DNA of 64,000 nt from a virus (taxonomy: Duplodnaviria > Caudoviricetes), in the IMG/VR virus record IMGVR_UViG_3300021399_000117, positions 32,001-96,000 of that record; one strand, written 5' to 3'. Below are positions 1 to 7,559 of this stretch, piece by piece. The notes under the pieces were generated by a model that made no database searches, was not told the DNA's origin, and saw only the letters and a list, made by a program, of their open reading frames with translations. Within the stretch, counting starts at the first letter, position 1. Each line of letters begins with the position of its first letter. The position numbers and the translations under genes were made by a program.

Positions 1-1
1 G

Positions 2-673
2 GATGGCAAATATTTCGATGCTGACTCACTTCCTCTTAAAGTAAAAGGATTGGAAATGGTCAAGTCCAGTTATCCAAAGTTTGATCGCGAGGCACTAAAA
101 CGAGTAGTACGGGGCATCCTAGAGACACGTGATCAAAAGGATCTTTGGGCCTATACCAACATGCTTGTTCAGCAAGAGAAGATGAAACATCATCAAGCTG
201 ATATGGATGATATCTGCGCAGCACTAGGTGTCAATGGTTATACCAAGTACATCATTACTGAGGAAGATTGGCAACGTGATCCAAAACATTGTCAACGCAC
301 AGCGATAGATGCATATGGCACCGTATTGTACACCGCTCCAAAATGTCCAGCCAACGTACGAGCACTGGGAGATTACAACAAGATACGTGAAGCGCATGGT
401 CTGCCTGGTGATCCTATATACGGAGGCAAAGTCAAGTTGTATCTGTACAATATACCGGGCAGTGGCAAGAAGGCATCACCCCTTCCATTTGCATTCCAGA
501 GTAAAAATTACCCGAAATGGGCACCACAGTACGCGCCTATCAACAAAAATGCAATGTTTCAAAAGTATTTCCTAGATCCATTGAACAGAATTTGCAAGGA
601 CTCAATGGGATTCAAACCATTCCAGGTAGATGGAAGCCAACAAATGGATCTGTTTGCGGGACTATTTGGATAA
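2..673 (+). CDS. Family B DNA polymerase, C-terminal part (T4 gp43-like), truncated at window start
   Basis: Frame is open from nt 2: ..LKVKGLEMVKSSYP.. is the PolB KGLE..S thumb motif; MFQKYFLDPL resembles the gp43 C-terminal region; ends QQMDLFAGLFG (clamp-binding-like tail). Confidence 0.88.
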   Translation, partial: DGKYFDADSLPLKVKGLEMVKSSYPKFDREALKRVVRGILETRDQKDLWAYTNMLVQQEKMKHHQADMDDICAALGVNGYTKYIITEEDWQRDPKHCQRTAIDAYGTVLYTAPKCPANVRALGDYNKIREAHGLPGDPIYGGKVKLYLYNIPGSGKKASPLPFAFQSKNYPKWAPQYAPINKNAMFQKYFLDPLNRICKDSMGFKPFQVDGSQQMDLFAGLFG

Positions 674-693
674 AAAATTTATTTTGATCCACA

Positions 694-797
694 AAAAACA
701 AGGAGGATATCTCTAACAAGGTCTTGAAAGCCCTTGGAATTTCATCACAAAGTCATGAAAAACTTTGGGCTTTCATTAAAGATTCCTCCTTGTTTTT
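694..797 (+). repeat. Hairpin (AAAAACAAGGAGGA/TCCTCCTTGTTTTT) enclosing two tandem 31-nt modules (717-744, 748-775)
   Basis: Read directly from the sequence; homologous to elements at 27036, 39339, 48722 and 53161. Confidence 0.85.
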
Positions 798-803
798 ATA
801 TAT
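797..803 (+). promoter_or_regulatory. TATATAT promoter-like word (putative early/middle class)
   Basis: Same word lies 10-65 nt upstream of starts at 19264, 20407, 21982, 27088, 29271, 34067, 34909, 39370, 41152, 46093, 48787 and 53195. Confidence 0.55.
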
Positions 804-834
804 TTATACATTAACAATCAAATTTCATAACAAT

Positions 835-1404
835 ATGGTAATGGTATCAAACATTTTCTTATCAATCTGGGGTTTGTTAATGATAGGCTGCTTCTTATCA
901 TTGATAATTCTTGGTGGATCATCAAAAATCACTCTATTTCAGTATTTGTATCTCAGATTCTTCGCCGAGAAAGAAGACTGGCACAACTACGTCGAAATGA
1001 ACAAGTACATCGATTCGGGTCACTCCATTCCGATTATGGAATTGCATGATTTTACTTATATGCAATGTGATCCAAGTCTGAAAGAAAAATATTCCGAGTT
1101 CATATCCAACAATCCTTATTACTTCCTGATATTCAATACAGCTAGTGGACCGGAGCTGTGTGGATATAGTACGAGTAGTAATAAATGTGACAATATCATA
1201 TTCTCCTCATTCTACCAGAAGTTATGTCTGAAGATGGCTCGCAAAATGGGATACACTCACGACAAGTTATGCTCTATGTTGAAAGACGGTTTGGTGCGTG
1301 AAAAATACAGACGCACGGAAAACGCACGCAGGGTAAATGAACTTGAAGGTTCACTGAAAGAGCTTCATGAGCGTCAGGAACGTTTGAATGAAAAAACAGA
1401 ATAA
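835..1404 (+). CDS. Hypothetical protein with N-terminal transmembrane helix and C-terminal coiled coil
   Basis: ATG at 835 follows the TATATAT word; hydrophobic IFLSIWGLLMIGCFLSLIILG; the track's TTG start at 724 lies inside the repeat hairpin. Confidence 0.7.
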   Translation: MVMVSNIFLSIWGLLMIGCFLSLIILGGSSKITLFQYLYLRFFAEKEDWHNYVEMNKYIDSGHSIPIMELHDFTYMQCDPSLKEKYSEFISNNPYYFLIFNTASGPELCGYSTSSNKCDNIIFSSFYQKLCLKMARKMGYTHDKLCSMLKDGLVREKYRRTENARRVNELEGSLKELHERQERLNEKTE

Positions 1405-1413
1405 CACATCAAT

Positions 1414-1704
1414 ATGAAAACAGAAAAAGTATTCATTGTAAATTCCGGTAAAGGACCACGTGTTGTCACACCTGGAGTGATTGAGAAGGAGATTCTCGCG
1501 GCATATCCAAAAGACGCTCCCAAAGTAAAAGCAAAATATGTCGAATCCTATGCGCAAGACCTCGCGTCAGAATTGATCGGTCAGGCAATCGATAACGATC
1601 TGTTCATGCAACTCATTAAGGGAGCCGTTGAGGCATTGAGTGAGTTCGCTGTGTTAACCCCGTTCAAATACGGTGTGATGTTGAATCAACAAAAAGCATT
1701 TTGA
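1414..1704 (+). CDS. Hypothetical protein
   Basis: Tightly packed ORF in a co-directional run. Confidence 0.7.
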   Translation: MKTEKVFIVNSGKGPRVVTPGVIEKEILAAYPKDAPKVKAKYVESYAQDLASELIGQAIDNDLFMQLIKGAVEALSEFAVLTPFKYGVMLNQQKAF

Positions 1705-1707
1705 TCT

Positions 1708-2226
1708 ATGCAGCTAACAGGTAGGCAAATTATTGAACGCGGAATTGTTACCGGCGCAGTTATCGAAGGAATCCAACAACAGGGTGTCGATGTAAGACTT
1801 CGAGAAGTAGTTTCATTCACACCACAAGGTATAGGTGGAGCGCCTGGAATTGTTCCTGCAACAGGCAAGACTACCCTTCGCGAACGCTTCAGCATCCCAA
1901 CTAACCTGGAACGGGGACCTCATGGCGCCTGGTACTTGGAGCCGGGTTACTATGAAGTGATCGTAGAAGAGGGTTGTAAGATGCCGAACAACGCAGCTAT
2001 GGTGTTCATCTCACGAAGCTCGATGGTACGCAACGGTGCAATTATCCATTGCGGGCAATTCGATGCGGGATTTGAGACGGAACATATGGGGTTCTTCATG
2101 CAAGTGCTCTTCCCGATCATTATTGAGAAGGGAGCACGTATTGCACAGACTCGAATCTTTGAGACAGCTCCAGTAGACAATCTCTATCAGGGTCAGTGGC
2201 AAAACGATAAACAACGCACACAATGA
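1708..2226 (+). CDS. dcd: dCTP deaminase / trimeric dUTPase family protein
   Basis: QQQGVDVRL, SRSS, GQFDAGF, GARIAQ and YQGQWQ motifs. Confidence 0.8.
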   Translation: MQLTGRQIIERGIVTGAVIEGIQQQGVDVRLREVVSFTPQGIGGAPGIVPATGKTTLRERFSIPTNLERGPHGAWYLEPGYYEVIVEEGCKMPNNAAMVFISRSSMVRNGAIIHCGQFDAGFETEHMGFFMQVLFPIIIEKGARIAQTRIFETAPVDNLYQGQWQNDKQRTQ

Positions 2227-2390
2227 ACTGGAAACAATTTCGCGAACTAACCAAAGACATCCCTGATGAGGAAGAGGTGTTCTTCAATGTGGACGCCAGT
2301 CAAGGGTATTTCGGTGCAGAAGTCGATGAACAAGAGACTCGAGCAAGCATGACAAACGATAACACAATCATTTTAAAAGAATCTAATTGA
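2223..2390 (+). CDS. Small hypothetical protein (55 aa, MNWKQFRELTKDIPDEEEV..), not in ORF track
   Basis: ATGA overlap with the dcd stop; fills the gap to the next gene exactly. Confidence 0.65.
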   Translation: MNWKQFRELTKDIPDEEEVFFNVDASQGYFGAEVDEQETRASMTNDNTIILKESN

Positions 2391-2392
2391 TT

Positions 2393-2785
2393 ATGGCAAA
2401 GAAAACTAAAAAGGCAGCAACAGATCTGTCCAACACCTTCAAGATCGACGAGGTAAAAGGTCTCGTTAAGTACACTGTAAAATGTCACGGTCGCTACTTC
2501 ACCGGCCGAGCACAAGTGAACCATGATGCTGGTGATGTATTCGACGTTGAGAAGGGTAAGCGCCTAGCAAAACTCCGCGCACTTCTGAAGATGAAACGCG
2601 CACAGCTGACTGAGTTGGTTGAGATTCAGACACTGGTCCGCCAAATCGCTGAGTCCGAACAGAAGGTCACCGAAGAGGTATCAGTATTCACAGACAGCGT
2701 ATGTCGTTTGGAAGCCAAGTTGAACGCCGAACTCGGTGTCGCACCTACGGCAGCGACAGCAGACGTTCCTCATACTACGAAATAA
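2393..2785 (+). CDS. Hypothetical protein with coiled coil
   Basis: D.FD.EKGK.LA..RA pattern seen in small phage proteins; phage-like codon usage. Confidence 0.7.
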   Translation: MAKKTKKAATDLSNTFKIDEVKGLVKYTVKCHGRYFTGRAQVNHDAGDVFDVEKGKRLAKLRALLKMKRAQLTELVEIQTLVRQIAESEQKVTEEVSVFTDSVCRLEAKLNAELGVAPTAATADVPHTTK

Positions 2786-2802
2786 AAAAAAAACAATCTC
2801 GC

Positions 2803-3276
2803 ATGAAAACCCGTGAGCAAGCACATAAGGACATCAGGCAGGCGCATTACCTGCTTGTTTGTCCACATTGCGACACAGAATTAGTAGTTTCCGAAGATGA
2901 GTTGAAGCGCACGCTATACAAGCCTCATATCGGAGAACAGATGGTTTCCTCTGATCCTTCCAAAGACGAATATCGGGGTATCAAGTGTTGCAATTGTGGT
3001 TATGTCTGGGATGAATATGTAGATGAGGTACACAAAAACATATGCAATCCTGATGGTCAACAGACGATAATGCTTGAGTTGCCTGAGGGTGAGACGACAA
3101 AGGCCAAAGCATTCATGCAAAAACATATCCATAAATGTTGCCCTGACAAACCATTTACAGCATTGGGTATGCAATTTACATATAACTACACAGAAGGTGG
3201 GTTAGGGCCTATGGTGAGCATCAAATGTAATGCATGTGGTGAAACTGAAGACATCACATGCACAGAAGATTGGTAA
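2803..3276 (+). CDS. Zinc-ribbon protein
   Basis: CPHC, CCNCG and CNACG cysteine pairs. Confidence 0.65.
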   Translation: MKTREQAHKDIRQAHYLLVCPHCDTELVVSEDELKRTLYKPHIGEQMVSSDPSKDEYRGIKCCNCGYVWDEYVDEVHKNICNPDGQQTIMLELPEGETTKAKAFMQKHIHKCCPDKPFTALGMQFTYNYTEGGLGPMVSIKCNACGETEDITCTEDW

Positions 3277-3277
3277 T

Positions 3278-3838
3278 ATGGCAAAGTTGATTTTTAACTA
3301 TGGATCAATGAACTCAGGCAAGTCTTTGATCCTGTTAGCTTTCGCAGCTAAATTACGAAATAAGGGTATCGACTATTTGACATTGAAACCCTCATCCGAC
3401 ACGAGAGATGGTGCATTTATATCTTCGCGCCCCCTACAAGAGAAACATCCATGTGAGCTATGGCAACCAAACGCTTACTTTCCAGATGCATACCTGAAAC
3501 AATTCAAATACATACTGGTGGATGAAGCTCAGTTCCTGAATGAGGCTCAGGTTGATTATCTGGCGGATATTGTTGACAGACTTGGCATCAATGTTATATG
3601 TTACGGTCTTCGAACAGACTTTCGGACACATCTGTTTCCTGGATCGAAACGACTCTTTGAATTGGCCGACGATCTTGAAGAGATAGAAGACTTTAACGCC
3701 GAAGGCGACAAAGTCATCATCAATGCTCGAGTACGTGGCGACCAGATTGTTCTCGAAGGTCCACAGATTGAAGTGGGCCGGGAAGACAAGTACCAGACGA
3801 TGAGTCGAAAAGATTATTATTCACATCTTTATCACTAA
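3278..3838 (+). CDS. tdk: Thymidine kinase (type II)
   Basis: GSMNSGKS P-loop, VDEAQF, YGLRTDF..LFPGS..L..LAD. Confidence 0.93.
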   Translation: MAKLIFNYGSMNSGKSLILLAFAAKLRNKGIDYLTLKPSSDTRDGAFISSRPLQEKHPCELWQPNAYFPDAYLKQFKYILVDEAQFLNEAQVDYLADIVDRLGINVICYGLRTDFRTHLFPGSKRLFELADDLEEIEDFNAEGDKVIINARVRGDQIVLEGPQIEVGREDKYQTMSRKDYYSHLYH

Positions 3839-3843
3839 ACATT

Positions 3844-3981
3844 ATGGAAGATTCTGATTTTGAATTCTATGGTCGTAGAGATCACTACGAAGGATTCGGC
3901 GCATTCATGTGGTTGTGCATAAGTGTGTCATTTGGTTTATTGGTAACCGTAGGCGCAGTTCTAATTCATGTATTTTGTTGA
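3844..3981 (+). CDS. Small membrane protein (45 aa), not in ORF track
   Basis: MEDSDFEF..FMWLCISVSFGLLVTVGAVLIHVFC; fills the intergenic gap. Confidence 0.55.
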   Translation: MEDSDFEFYGRRDHYEGFGAFMWLCISVSFGLLVTVGAVLIHVFC

Positions 3982-3983
3982 GT

Positions 3984-4196
3984 ATGAAAGTAAAAGTTCC
4001 TCACGCACTGTATAAGGATTATGAAACATACTCGTTGTTCATTGACTACACCCCTCATAAGGAAAAAGGATATCTTTGGCAGATAACCTACGTAGGAGAA
4101 CACGGCATCCTCTTTAAGGAAGCAGACAAAGAATTACGAGTACTGGAAGACAAGGTGTTCGAATTTATCAAAACGAATAATCTTGATTACGAATAA
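3984..4196 (+). CDS. Hypothetical protein
   Basis: ATG at 3984 (MKVKVPH..), followed by a terminator. Confidence 0.6.
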   Translation: MKVKVPHALYKDYETYSLFIDYTPHKEKGYLWQITYVGEHGILFKEADKELRVLEDKVFEFIKTNNLDYE

Positions 4197-4224
4197 AGAG
4201 CAGGATAGATTCCTGCTTTTTATT
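4192..4224 (+). terminator. Intrinsic terminator hairpin
   Basis: AATAAAGAGCAGGA-tagat-TCCTGCTTTTTATT. Confidence 0.75.
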
Positions 4225-4226
4225 AT
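4220..4226 (+). promoter_or_regulatory. TTATTAT promoter-like word (putative late class)
   Basis: Recurs upstream of virion and leader-bearing genes on both strands: + 10776, 13268, 29017, 43496, 49620; - 10728, 19218, 21942, 34050, 36955, 58272, 58887, 60710. Confidence 0.6.
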
Positions 4227-4232
4227 ATATGT

Positions 4233-4466
4233 ATGATCACTACTTTCAAAGAATATATAGCACAACAAATGGTAGGTAAGTCCTTCCATTTTATTTGCGA
4301 TTGTGTCTTTCCCATGGATTTCATAGGTACCATCAAAGGCTACGATGCATCCGGTAGTGAAATCATATTCAAAGTAGAGACTGGCAACAAAATGATTAAC
4401 ATTGGTGAGAACCATCCCAAATTAAAAGTAATACCAGTATGCGAGGCCTGTACGAAAGTATATTAG
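4233..4466 (+). CDS. Small protein with capsid-targeting-like leader (MITTFKEYIAQ)
   Basis: Leader resembles the T4 IPIII CTS MKTYQEFIAE; TTATTAT upstream. Confidence 0.6.
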   Translation: MITTFKEYIAQQMVGKSFHFICDCVFPMDFIGTIKGYDASGSEIIFKVETGNKMINIGENHPKLKVIPVCEACTKVY

Positions 4467-5749
4467 ATGATGAAGATACTATCCTATCTCGTTCGGATAG
4501 AGATGCTAATATGTTGATGTGGTCTGATATTTTGTTCGGTAGTGGGATGCTCAATAAGGGACAGTTTCGTATCAAACCCGGAAGTGACAAGGATAAGTTC
4601 AAATTGGAATACTTTGGTCAAGAATATACAGTTATTCCGATCAAGTTTCTATCAGAAAGATTATACGAACATTTTAGAAAAGGATGTGAAGGTATTTATA
4701 TATATGCTCGAAACATGATAGAGATGATGATAGGGTTTGATTTCGACTTTGACACCCTACCCCATTTTTACGATCTGGAAGGGGATGGATATGATGACCC
4801 ATTCAGAATAGGCACCACTCACATCAATCTTACTAATAACACATATACCTTGCGTAATCTGAACCCAGAAAACCTAGGAATCAATAAGAAAACAACTAAA
4901 AGCACTATATTAAAGATATTTCGCAAAATAGAGCGTGCAGATGTGACTTTCAAAGATTTTCGTTGGGATGCGCCTTATGCTGAGGTGATACTCGAAAATA
5001 TCCGCATAAAAAACACTAAACATATCGAATTGCCTGTTCGCAAAATTACAACATCCAATGTCGATGTGGACAACGCCGCAGATGATGAAACGAAAGAAAT
5101 ATGCATACTTTCGCATGTTCGCGGAGATAGAAGCACAACCGATCAAATATCGTTTAATAATGGTGTATTAAAATTGATTGATACAACTACATCATACACC
5201 GTGCGCGGCAGTTTATCAGGCATTGGAATCAAGTCTATAGTCGGGGACGGAGCAATTATGCGTAATATGCTTACCACTGACGTTCATCTTGTATCCTCAC
5301 TGAAAAAATTATGTGTAATACCATCAACTCAGAAATACATAACATTCGATACCTATAGAAATAAACCAAAAATACTGAACTATAGTCTTCATCGAGAGGT
5401 TGGTAGTGTGCTGCCAAAGATGAAATTCCGCGCCTGGTGTGACACCTCTCATGACAAAGAAAATTGGAAAGACTGGGATGATGTGTCTTGTCTCAATTTT
5501 GTATTCTATGTAGAACGCGGCGCTCTGGATCAAGTACAATCCAATTGTGTACTGATTCGTTTCGCAGATGCCTCTTCACAGATAGTCTCGGATATTCAAA
5601 AATTGTTGAAAAAACATCGTTATATTTCCGACGAAGAACTGGAGACAGTGATACCCCTATCCAATTTCGACAATCTGAAGTTCATCGTTTGGAGCGCTGG
5701 ATCGGGTGAAGGTATAGTAAAGACACCAAAAGGATGGTGCATGAAATAA
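4439..5749 (+). CDS. Hypothetical protein with LYESILDD leader (putative internal head protein)
   Basis: 436 aa ORF; N-terminus MRGLYESILDDEDTIL shared with several other ORFs. Confidence 0.7.
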   Translation: MRGLYESILDDEDTILSRSDRDANMLMWSDILFGSGMLNKGQFRIKPGSDKDKFKLEYFGQEYTVIPIKFLSERLYEHFRKGCEGIYIYARNMIEMMIGFDFDFDTLPHFYDLEGDGYDDPFRIGTTHINLTNNTYTLRNLNPENLGINKKTTKSTILKIFRKIERADVTFKDFRWDAPYAEVILENIRIKNTKHIELPVRKITTSNVDVDNAADDETKEICILSHVRGDRSTTDQISFNNGVLKLIDTTTSYTVRGSLSGIGIKSIVGDGAIMRNMLTTDVHLVSSLKKLCVIPSTQKYITFDTYRNKPKILNYSLHREVGSVLPKMKFRAWCDTSHDKENWKDWDDVSCLNFVFYVERGALDQVQSNCVLIRFADASSQIVSDIQKLLKKHRYISDEELETVIPLSNFDNLKFIVWSAGSGEGIVKTPKGWCMK

Positions 5750-5762
5750 ATATGTATATATA

Positions 5763-5849
5763 AAAATCTTTGATATAAACGAAGATCTCCTTTGGGGTAA
5801 TAAATTATATACCTTGAAGGAGATCTTTTGTTATACTCGAAATAATCGC
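5763..5849. repeat. ~88-bp hairpin-containing element, copy 1 (convergent junction)
   Basis: Flanks match the reverse complement of 54291-54378 at 18/19 and 31/32 nt. Confidence 0.85.
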
Positions 5850-5863
5850 ACAATATGGATCAT

Positions 5864-6106
5864 TTAACGATTAGTGTATGCGTAATCTTTAAAGTGCTGC
5901 ATACGTTGAGTGAACTTCATGAGTACGATGAATGAGTTTTCCACAAACTTAAGCAGGTACTGGAACGTCTTGTTTTTTGCCTGCACAATAGTCTGTGACA
6001 TCACTTTGCTAAAGAAGCCGTGACGTTCATAATCGTAGGGTTGGTTCTTTTTGGACTCCCAACTTTCATAATCGTAGAATCTATGTCCGTTTGGATAGGT
6101 TTCCAT
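5864..6106 (-). CDS. Hypothetical protein (last gene of tail/baseplate operon)
   Basis: Directly follows the gp5-like gene. Confidence 0.65.
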   Translation of the reverse strand: METYPNGHRFYDYESWESKKNQPYDYERHGFFSKVMSQTIVQAKNKTFQYLLKFVENSFIVLMKFTQRMQHFKDYAYTNR

Positions 6107-6109
6107 ATA

Positions 6110-6796
6110 TTAGTCAAGTGTTACCACATCGGAGTTGATGTAGTCTGGATCATTTTCAAATTTTACAAGTTCTTCTTCTAATGCAAATCCTAACGGAGAT
6201 GTGTACGGATTACCTTTGGCTGTTTCTGCGAGGCAGGATAGACATGCTATCAACTTATCGAACAACTCAGCCACCTTGTCTCCATGACAAGCTGGATGAG
6301 CACTTCCACCTTTGGTTCCCAAAGATATGCCGTCGTCTGATATTTCGATAGTCCCATGAGGTTGTCCATTGGTCAGTGTAATATTACCATCGTTGTCTAA
6401 TTGGATGGCTACTTCTTGGTTTCTGATAATCCAACCGGTGCCGTCAGAGAAGTATATAGTGGCTACACCTGTACCTGACTCTCTGTTAGACAGTACCTCC
6501 ACATTTTGTTTTTGCTGTATGTCTCCAGCTAACTTACCGTTGTTCAGTGCGTAGTTGTCTTTGCGGAACCAGAACAGCTGTTGCTTGTTATCTGCAAAGA
6601 ACAGCACCCATACCTCGTCACCCTCATTCGGAGTAGAGTAGGTATTAGACCCGCCTACACAAAACGGATAGATTGGAGGTAGCGCTTCCACATCTTCAGC
6701 AGAGAACAATCCAGGTACACTGGCTTTGATCTTTCCTTCAGATGAAAGTACTTCTAGTACGATACCGGGTCTCAATTCTCCGTTAATCAGTTTCAT
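6110..6796 (-). CDS. Baseplate hub/spike protein, gp5/gpV-like OB-fold
   Basis: GKIKASVPGL..P..GDEVWVLF..P/FW OB-fold pattern followed by beta-helix-like repeats. Confidence 0.7.
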   Translation of the reverse strand: MKLINGELRPGIVLEVLSSEGKIKASVPGLFSAEDVEALPPIYPFCVGGSNTYSTPNEGDEVWVLFFADNKQQLFWFRKDNYALNNGKLAGDIQQKQNVEVLSNRESGTGVATIYFSDGTGWIIRNQEVAIQLDNDGNITLTNGQPHGTIEISDDGISLGTKGGSAHPACHGDKVAELFDKLIACLSCLAETAKGNPYTSPLGFALEEELVKFENDPDYINSDVVTLD

Positions 6797-7559
6797 GGGC
6801 GTTGTTTAGTTCTTCGTGTGATCCTTGTTGTTTTATACCATCTTTACCATGCCCCATCAAATTGAACTGGGTACGTTTGATATAGTTATCAGCAGGAATC
6901 ACTGTTCGGTTATCAAATACAGGTATACATGTTTCAACAGTTAGATCCAGGGTCATCTTACGACGTCTATCATCAGTAGTAGCCTCGTCAAAATCCAACA
7001 TGTGTTCTCCGTCTAATGAGTCTGGTATGTTATACGAACAGCGTATCTGCTGCCCCATATAAGTGATGTTGAACGTGCGAACGAATGCCATATGGGTGAT
7101 GACTTGCTGTACTATTTCCAAAAAATCATTATACGAATCTACCAAATACACTAACTCAAACGTTACATTCATAGGGATACGCCTGAACTCAGATGCAAAA
7201 GTAACTACTCCATCCTCTGACTCGTACTGGAACCGCCCTGCTGCATACGGATTAGACAATTGATCCAGTACCATGTTGATTCCTTTGGGTGTTACCGAGC
7301 AACGAGGTACAATCGTATATATATAGTCCTCATTAACAGTTTCAAGAGGCTCCTTAGAGTGGTCTTGTCCTTTGACTTCCAACACCATGATCTCGTCACC
7401 TGTATTTGGTATATAATGTGGCACAGACACACCTCGAACAGTCACATTGTCTCGTAGTTCGGCTAGTAGTCCTTTGGACAAAATGGAGAGGAAGCGAGAC
7501 TGATTGTTACAATCAATCTCACCTCTTCTTATTTTCTCTGTTATCTCTCGAATTTCCAT
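6783..7559 (-). CDS. Tail sheath stabiliser/terminator, T4 gp15-like
   Basis: RRIPMNVTFELVYLVDSYNDFLEIVQQVI resembles gp15 VPY...FEL.I....DD..QI.EQI. Confidence 0.6.
   Translation of the reverse strand: MEIREITEKIRRGEIDCNNQSRFLSILSKGLLAELRDNVTVRGVSVPHYIPNTGDEIMVLEVKGQDHSKEPLETVNEDYIYTIVPRCSVTPKGINMVLDQLSNPYAAGRFQYESEDGVVTFASEFRRIPMNVTFELVYLVDSYNDFLEIVQQVITHMAFVRTFNITYMGQQIRCSYNIPDSLDGEHMLDFDEATTDDRRRKMTLDLTVETCIPVFDNRTVIPADNYIKRTQFNLMGHGKDGIKQQGSHEELNNAHETD

Noticed and set aside
694-797. Mini CRISPR array
   Set aside because: The modules are directly tandem with no unique spacers, and no cas genes are visible
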